From positions 90,870 to 122,869 of the forward strand of contig NC_000909.1 of NCBI RefSeq assembly GCF_000091665.1: 32,000 nucleotides of DNA, written 5' to 3'. Of the stretch, positions 27,362-32,000 are shown piece after piece. The DNA comes from Methanocaldococcus jannaschii DSM 2661. GTDB lineage: Archaea; AGJL01; Methanococci; Methanococcales; Methanocaldococcaceae. The notes beneath the pieces are model-generated. The model worked only from the letters and a program-made list of their open reading frames with translations, did no database searches and was not told the origin of the DNA. How positions within the stretch are numbered: the first letter of the stretch is position 1; every line of letters starts with the position of its first letter. A program made the position numbers and the translations under genes.

Positions 27362-28288
27362 TTATTTCTCAAGCCAGCCAAAGTATTTTTCTATTATATA
27401 CCAAGCTCCCTGTGGAGGAATTAACCCCACCTCTGTTATTATAGCATCTATATACTTAGCTGGTGTTACATCAAATGCGGGATTCCTAATTTTTATTCCT
27501 TTGTATTTATCTTCAAAAACTGCAACTTCCTCTGGGCTTCTTTCTTCTATCTCAATTAGCTCTCCAACTATAGTCTTTGGATGGAATTTGTATGTTTCAG
27601 CGGCTGTTAAAAAAGGTACTCTACTTTCATTTGCTATTAAAGCAATTTGTGAAGTTCCTATTTTATTTACAAGGCAACCATTTGCTGTTATGGCATCAGC
27701 TCCAACGACGACAATATCTATCTCTTTTATAAAGTACCTCACTGCAGAATCTACTATTAGGGTTACATCAATACCATAATCATAGAGGGTTTTAGCTGTT
27801 AAATATCCCTGATTTCTTGGTCTTGTCTCTGTGCAGAAAACTTTGATATCTTTTCCTTCATCGTAAGCAGTTTTTATAACGCTTATTGCAGCTTCAGAGT
27901 TGCAGTGAGTTAAGATAGTGTCTCCATCTTTTATTCTATTTGCTCCAAACTTTCCTATATTTTCAATTGCCTTTAATGATGAGTTGATGAATTCATCAGC
28001 TCTCTCTATAACTCTTTCTTTTGGATTTTCTTCATTTAAGCCCTTTAATACATACTTTACAACATTTGGTAGAGAAACAGCTGTAGGTCTTGCTGATATT
28101 AATATATTTCCTGCCTCTCTCATTTTATTTTTGAATTCTTCTTCATTTAAATGGCTAATTTTTAGAGCATATTCTTTTAATGCCTTAGCTGCTGCTCTTC
28201 CTATTCTCCCCGCCCCCCTAATCTCCATATTTTTGATTTTTTCATAGGTTTCTTTTATAATATCCATTTCACTCATTTTAAACACCAA
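27362..28288 (-). CDS. eIF2B-like / ribose-1,5-bisphosphate isomerase family protein
   Basis: 308 aa; NISHLNEEEF...GDTILTHCNSEAAISVI...FCTETRPRNQGYLTAKTLYDYGIDVTLIVDSAVRYFI...VVVGADAITANGCLVNKIGTSQIALIA. Confidence 0.88.
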   Translation of the reverse strand: MVFKMSEMDIIKETYEKIKNMEIRGAGRIGRAAAKALKEYALKISHLNEEEFKNKMREAGNILISARPTAVSLPNVVKYVLKGLNEENPKERVIERADEFINSSLKAIENIGKFGANRIKDGDTILTHCNSEAAISVIKTAYDEGKDIKVFCTETRPRNQGYLTAKTLYDYGIDVTLIVDSAVRYFIKEIDIVVVGADAITANGCLVNKIGTSQIALIANESRVPFLTAAETYKFHPKTIVGELIEIEERSPEEVAVFEDKYKGIKIRNPAFDVTPAKYIDAIITEVGLIPPQGAWYIIEKYFGWLEK

Positions 28289-28322
28289 AAATTTATTTTA
28301 AATTAATTTTTTATCTCTTTTA

Positions 28323-28655
28323 TCATATAAGTTTTTGTATGATTTTTAATTCAATCTCATCACATTCATTCTTAGAAAAATAGTTTCTTAATTCGTTCTC
28401 AAACTTTATGCCATGGTTTATTGATTTTATTTTAAAGTGTATAAGTTCGTGTAATATTATATAGTGGAGAAGTTCCTCATCAAAATTTTCAACAACATAT
28501 TTGTTTAATCTTAAAGTCTTTGTTTTAAAGGAAAATGAAGCAATTTTTTGTTTCATTGGTTTTATTTCTATATTTATGCTTTCATTGATATTTAATGAAA
28601 TTAAAATTTCATTAACAATGTCTTTAATATCTTTTTTATTTTCATTGATTTTCAT
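28323..28655 (-). CDS. Small YgjP/SprT-like zinc metallopeptidase-domain protein
   Basis: 110 aa; HYIILHELIHFKIKSINHGIKFENEL (HExxH with downstream H). Overlaps the hsdR 3' end by 14 bp. Confidence 0.8.
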   Translation of the reverse strand: MKINENKKDIKDIVNEILISLNINESINIEIKPMKQKIASFSFKTKTLRLNKYVVENFDEELLHYIILHELIHFKIKSINHGIKFENELRNYFSKNECDEIELKIIQKLI

Positions 28656-31600
28656 AATTCTCTCCCCATATTTCTTTTAAGATGAATTCAGAAACTAAAT
28701 TATCTGATAATTCAGCCACTTTTTTAGCGTCTTCATCTTTAATTTTTCCTTTTAGCTCTTTTAATAAATCTTCAAGTAATGCACATGACAATTCTTTTTT
28801 GAATTTTTTTCTTTGTAATTTTGATAATTTATTTAAATTTTGCATTTTAGTAATTAGTTTTTCAGTATTTTCTAAGTTCAATTTAATATCTTGGTCTTTT
28901 AATATATTTTCGCCTATATAGGTGCTTATTGATTCTTTTATTCTTTCAATTGATGATTTTCCTTTTATTTTTTTATCGTAGTTGTTTTTTAATTCCATAA
29001 GGTTTTTTATGGCGTTCAAATAAATTTTGTCATCTATCCTCTTCATAATCCAGTCTCTTCTTAATCTTTCCAATCTTTCTAATATTTCCTTATATATTGG
29101 GTCGTGCTGTTTATCTAAGATGCTATTTTTTAAAATAAAATAGTAATTTGCTACTGCTCTTTTTATCTCTCTCTTTCCAATATTTTCTTTTAAAATCTTA
29201 TCTAAATCATCAGGGTTGAGATTTATCTCTTCAATTACAGTTAAATCATCAACAAGCATTTTATTGTGTATAAATGATATTAATTCCTCCCAGAATTTTC
29301 TATTTGATTTCTTTTTTGGCTTTAGTTTTTTTATTAAGTAAGCATATATGAAGGATAGAAGTTCAATATCCTCAATATAAAAAATCTTTTGTGGATAAGA
29401 ACCTAATGCTTTATAAAGTTTGATTACTGCTTTTAAATCATCTATAAGCTTTAAAATTCTCGCATTTTTTCCGTCTTCTGCATAAAATGCAATTAAATCC
29501 AATTTTTCTTTTAACTCATTGTTATTGAAATCTTTGTTTTTTGTTAAAGTTTTAAGAGTATTTACATCTATGCTTAAATCCTCATCGTTAATTTTTAAAT
29601 TTTTTAATGATTCTTTAACCATTTCTAACTTTAATTTAAATTCTTGGAAAATCTCATCAATTGAACTAATTAAATTGTTTTTGAAATCTTCCCTAATCTC
29701 TTCCTCCGCCAACATGTTGTATAATGCCATAGTTTCGGTTAAAACTTTAAATAATCCAACAGAATCAACTATTAAACCAAATTCTTTGTCTGGATATGGT
29801 CTGTTAGTTCTTGCTATTGCTTGTAGTAATCTATGCCCATACAGTGGTTTATCCAAATACATAACCTTTAATCTTGGAGCGTCAAAGCCTGTTAAAAGCA
29901 TATCTGTAACTATCAAAATTTTTGGATTTTCTGAATTTAAGAATTCTTCTCTAATAATTTGGTTAATCTCATTAAAATCGTTAGAATTTCTTTCTTTTTT
30001 AAGTTTTTTCATGTATTCAATAATTTCTTTCTCTTCTTCGTTGTGGTGATATGTCATCACAACTTCAGCCCATTTCTCTGCCTCATCTCCAAACTTTTCT
30101 TTTAAATACTTATCAAGTGCTTTTTTAAATCTAACACACCCCAATCTATTGACTGCAACAACCATTGCCTTAAATTTGAAGTTTTCAGTATCTTCTTCTA
30201 TCCTATCAACTATATATTTTGCAACTTTATCAATTCTTTTGGGGTTTAATAAAATTGTTTTTGATTTATTTATATATTTTGGAAGTTTTTTTCTATCAAA
30301 TAGGTTAATATCTTCCCCCCTTTTAATCCACTCATCAATAAATTCTTTTATATCTTCTTCATCCAATGTAATTTGAATTCCTTCTGATTTGATATCTCCT
30401 TCTTTTACAATTTGATAAGTTAATGGGAGGGTAAATTTGTCTTTTATGGAATCTCCTATGAAATACACATCTAAATAAAACTCTCCCTTTTCTGGATACG
30501 AAAATTCTGTAAATGTGTTTTTTTCATTTTTAAATACTGGTGTTCCTGTAAATCCAAATGTAATGGCATTTGGAAATGTTATTTTTCTCATACCTCCCAA
30601 AATTCCGTATTGTGTTCTGTGAGCTTCATCTATCAGTATTAGAATATGTTTTCTTTTGATATTTCCTAAGTTTATTAGGTATTCTTCTTTTTTATCTTTA
30701 TCTTTTAGTTTTTTTAGGTTTTCTATATGTTTTTTATATTCTTCAGGGTTTTTTTCTTTTAGATGTTTTAGATATATGAATGCCAATATTATTAAAAGGT
30801 CTTTTAATCCTTTTATTTTTCCTTCTTTTTCTTCTTTTTTTAATTTATCTTCAATTTTTTTGATAATCTCTTCAATGGGTTTTGATAAATCCAAATCTTC
30901 GTCATCTTTATCCTTTTCCTTATTATTATCCTTTTCTTTTTTACTTCTTTCATATTGAAATTTTTGTATTGTTGTTGTGTAAATACCCCTAACAATAACT
31001 TTATTACTTAATTCACTCATTTTTATTGATTTTATGACTTCATAAAGCTTATTTATGCTGTCAATTCTTTTTAAAATGGTTTTAAATTTTTTCTCTTGGA
31101 TTGCTTCATAAAACTCTTTACTCTGCCTTTCTAAATCAACCCTATCAACTACAAAGAAAATAACAGGATTTTCTGAGAAGTATTTGTCTAAAAAATAATT
31201 TGCTATAAAAAACATAGTGTAAGTTTTTCCACTACCCTGCCAGTGCCAAATTAAACCCTTATTTTTACTGTCTCCACTTAAATATTCATCTATTCTTTTC
31301 ATTGCCTTCTTTGTGGCAAAGTATTGGTTGTATCTTGCGATGATTTTGCTTAAAGTTTTTGTTTTGCTGTATTCGTCTTTTCTGTAAAATATGAAGTATC
31401 TTATTATTTCAAGCAATATGCTTGGATTTAAGATATAGAAGATGTCATCTTTAACAACCTTTTTTCCATTAATTTTTTGTCTAATTCTCCAATAGTATGC
31501 TGGTAAGTGTATATTTTCTTTATACCAGTTTGGCATTGTTGGAGTATATAACTGCTCTTCTCCATAAGATATTGCAAACTGAACGAACCTAAATAAATCA

Positions 31601-32000
31601 GGGCTAAATTTTTCATATCTTCTTATTTGGCTTATTCCTTCTAAATGAGAGTCAATTTTTAATGTTGCCTTTGCCTCTATTATTACAACAGGGATTCCGT
31701 TAATGAACAAAGTTATATCAGGTCTTGAATTTTTTGGATTTCCTTTAAATTCTGCTTCGCATAAATAAAAAAATGTATTTTTATCTATATTTTTATAATC
31801 AATGAGTTTAAATTTTCTTTTTTCACTTTTTTTAACTACAACTTCAATACCGTATTTTAGGTAGTCCAATATTTTTATTTCATCTGCATTTTTAAGTTCA
31901 TTTTTTATAAAATCAATAACTTCTTTAACCTCTTTTGGAGTTAAATAACTTAGTAGAGTTTTATTTATCTCCTTAAATTTTTCTTCAAAAAAGTTTGGTA
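28642..32000 (-). CDS. hsdR: Type I restriction-modification enzyme R subunit (HsdR), 5' end beyond window
   Basis: PDIT...VVIIEAK nuclease-like motif, GLIWHWQGSGKTYTM, LILIDEAHRTQYG, GFTGTP, ILIVTDMLLTGFDAP. The reading frame stays open from 31869 to the window edge (PNFFEEKFKEINKTLLSYLTPKEVKEVIDFIKNELKNADEIKI-LDYLKYG). Confidence 0.95.
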   Translation of the reverse strand, partial: PNFFEEKFKEINKTLLSYLTPKEVKEVIDFIKNELKNADEIKILDYLKYGIEVVVKKSEKRKFKLIDYKNIDKNTFFYLCEAEFKGNPKNSRPDITLFINGIPVVIIEAKATLKIDSHLEGISQIRRYEKFSPDLFRFVQFAISYGEEQLYTPTMPNWYKENIHLPAYYWRIRQKINGKKVVKDDIFYILNPSILLEIIRYFIFYRKDEYSKTKTLSKIIARYNQYFATKKAMKRIDEYLSGDSKNKGLIWHWQGSGKTYTMFFIANYFLDKYFSENPVIFFVVDRVDLERQSKEFYEAIQEKKFKTILKRIDSINKLYEVIKSIKMSELSNKVIVRGIYTTTIQKFQYERSKKEKDNNKEKDKDDEDLDLSKPIEEIIKKIEDKLKKEEKEGKIKGLKDLLIILAFIYLKHLKEKNPEEYKKHIENLKKLKDKDKKEEYLINLGNIKRKHILILIDEAHRTQYGILGGMRKITFPNAITFGFTGTPVFKNEKNTFTEFSYPEKGEFYLDVYFIGDSIKDKFTLPLTYQIVKEGDIKSEGIQITLDEEDIKEFIDEWIKRGEDINLFDRKKLPKYINKSKTILLNPKRIDKVAKYIVDRIEEDTENFKFKAMVVAVNRLGCVRFKKALDKYLKEKFGDEAEKWAEVVMTYHHNEEEKEIIEYMKKLKKERNSNDFNEINQIIREEFLNSENPKILIVTDMLLTGFDAPRLKVMYLDKPLYGHRLLQAIARTNRPYPDKEFGLIVDSVGLFKVLTETMALYNMLAEEEIREDFKNNLISSIDEIFQEFKLKLEMVKESLKNLKINDEDLSIDVNTLKTLTKNKDFNNNELKEKLDLIAFYAEDGKNARILKLIDDLKAVIKLYKALGSYPQKIFYIEDIELLSFIYAYLIKKLKPKKKSNRKFWEELISFIHNKMLVDDLTVIEEINLNPDDLDKILKENIGKREIKRAVANYYFILKNSILDKQHDPIYKEILERLERLRRDWIMKRIDDKIYLNAIKNLMELKNNYDKKIKGKSSIERIKESISTYIGENILKDQDIKLNLENTEKLITKMQNLNKLSKLQRKKFKKELSCALLEDLLKELKGKIKDEDAKKVAELSDNLVSEFILKEIWGENYENQ

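Noticed and set aside
28323-32000. Novel defence island
   Set aside because: Only HsdR and a YgjP-like protein are visible, which is a known type of association; the rest of the system lies outside the window.

Overview
This window looks like a chromosomal core region of a hyperthermophilic Methanocaldococcus-type methanogen. Gene content and order match my recollection of the M. jannaschii MJ0097-MJ0124 interval; this was not checked against a database. Coding content includes aIF2beta, L37e, a NIL-ferredoxin plus DUF39/CBS homocysteine-biosynthesis pair, SRP54, UbiX, a radical SAM protein, a Upf1/Dna2-like helicase, DUF473, PAC2, a DHPS-like protein, pyruvate kinase, IMPase/FBPase, SemiSWEET-like, SecD, CdhE, CdhD, ArfB, Nop10, aIF2alpha, McrD-like, an Fe-S/GTPase/ABC-ATPase trio, an eIF2B-like/R15P isomerase, a YgjP-like peptidase and a 5'-truncated HsdR. 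RNA genes are an intron-containing tRNA-Met(CAU), tRNA-Leu(GAG), tRNA-Sec(UCA) and a GC-rich ncRNA candidate with H/ACA-like architecture. Two small CRISPR loci with a shared leader-like flank have no nearby cas genes. The most unusual signal is a mosaic family of non-coding, hairpin-rich elements located at the 3' ends of genes. The hairpin arms differ between copies but keep pairing. In three cases (tRNA-Met, tRNA-Leu, SemiSWEET-like) the element lies between two direct copies of the host gene's 3' end, as if it inserted and regenerated that end.
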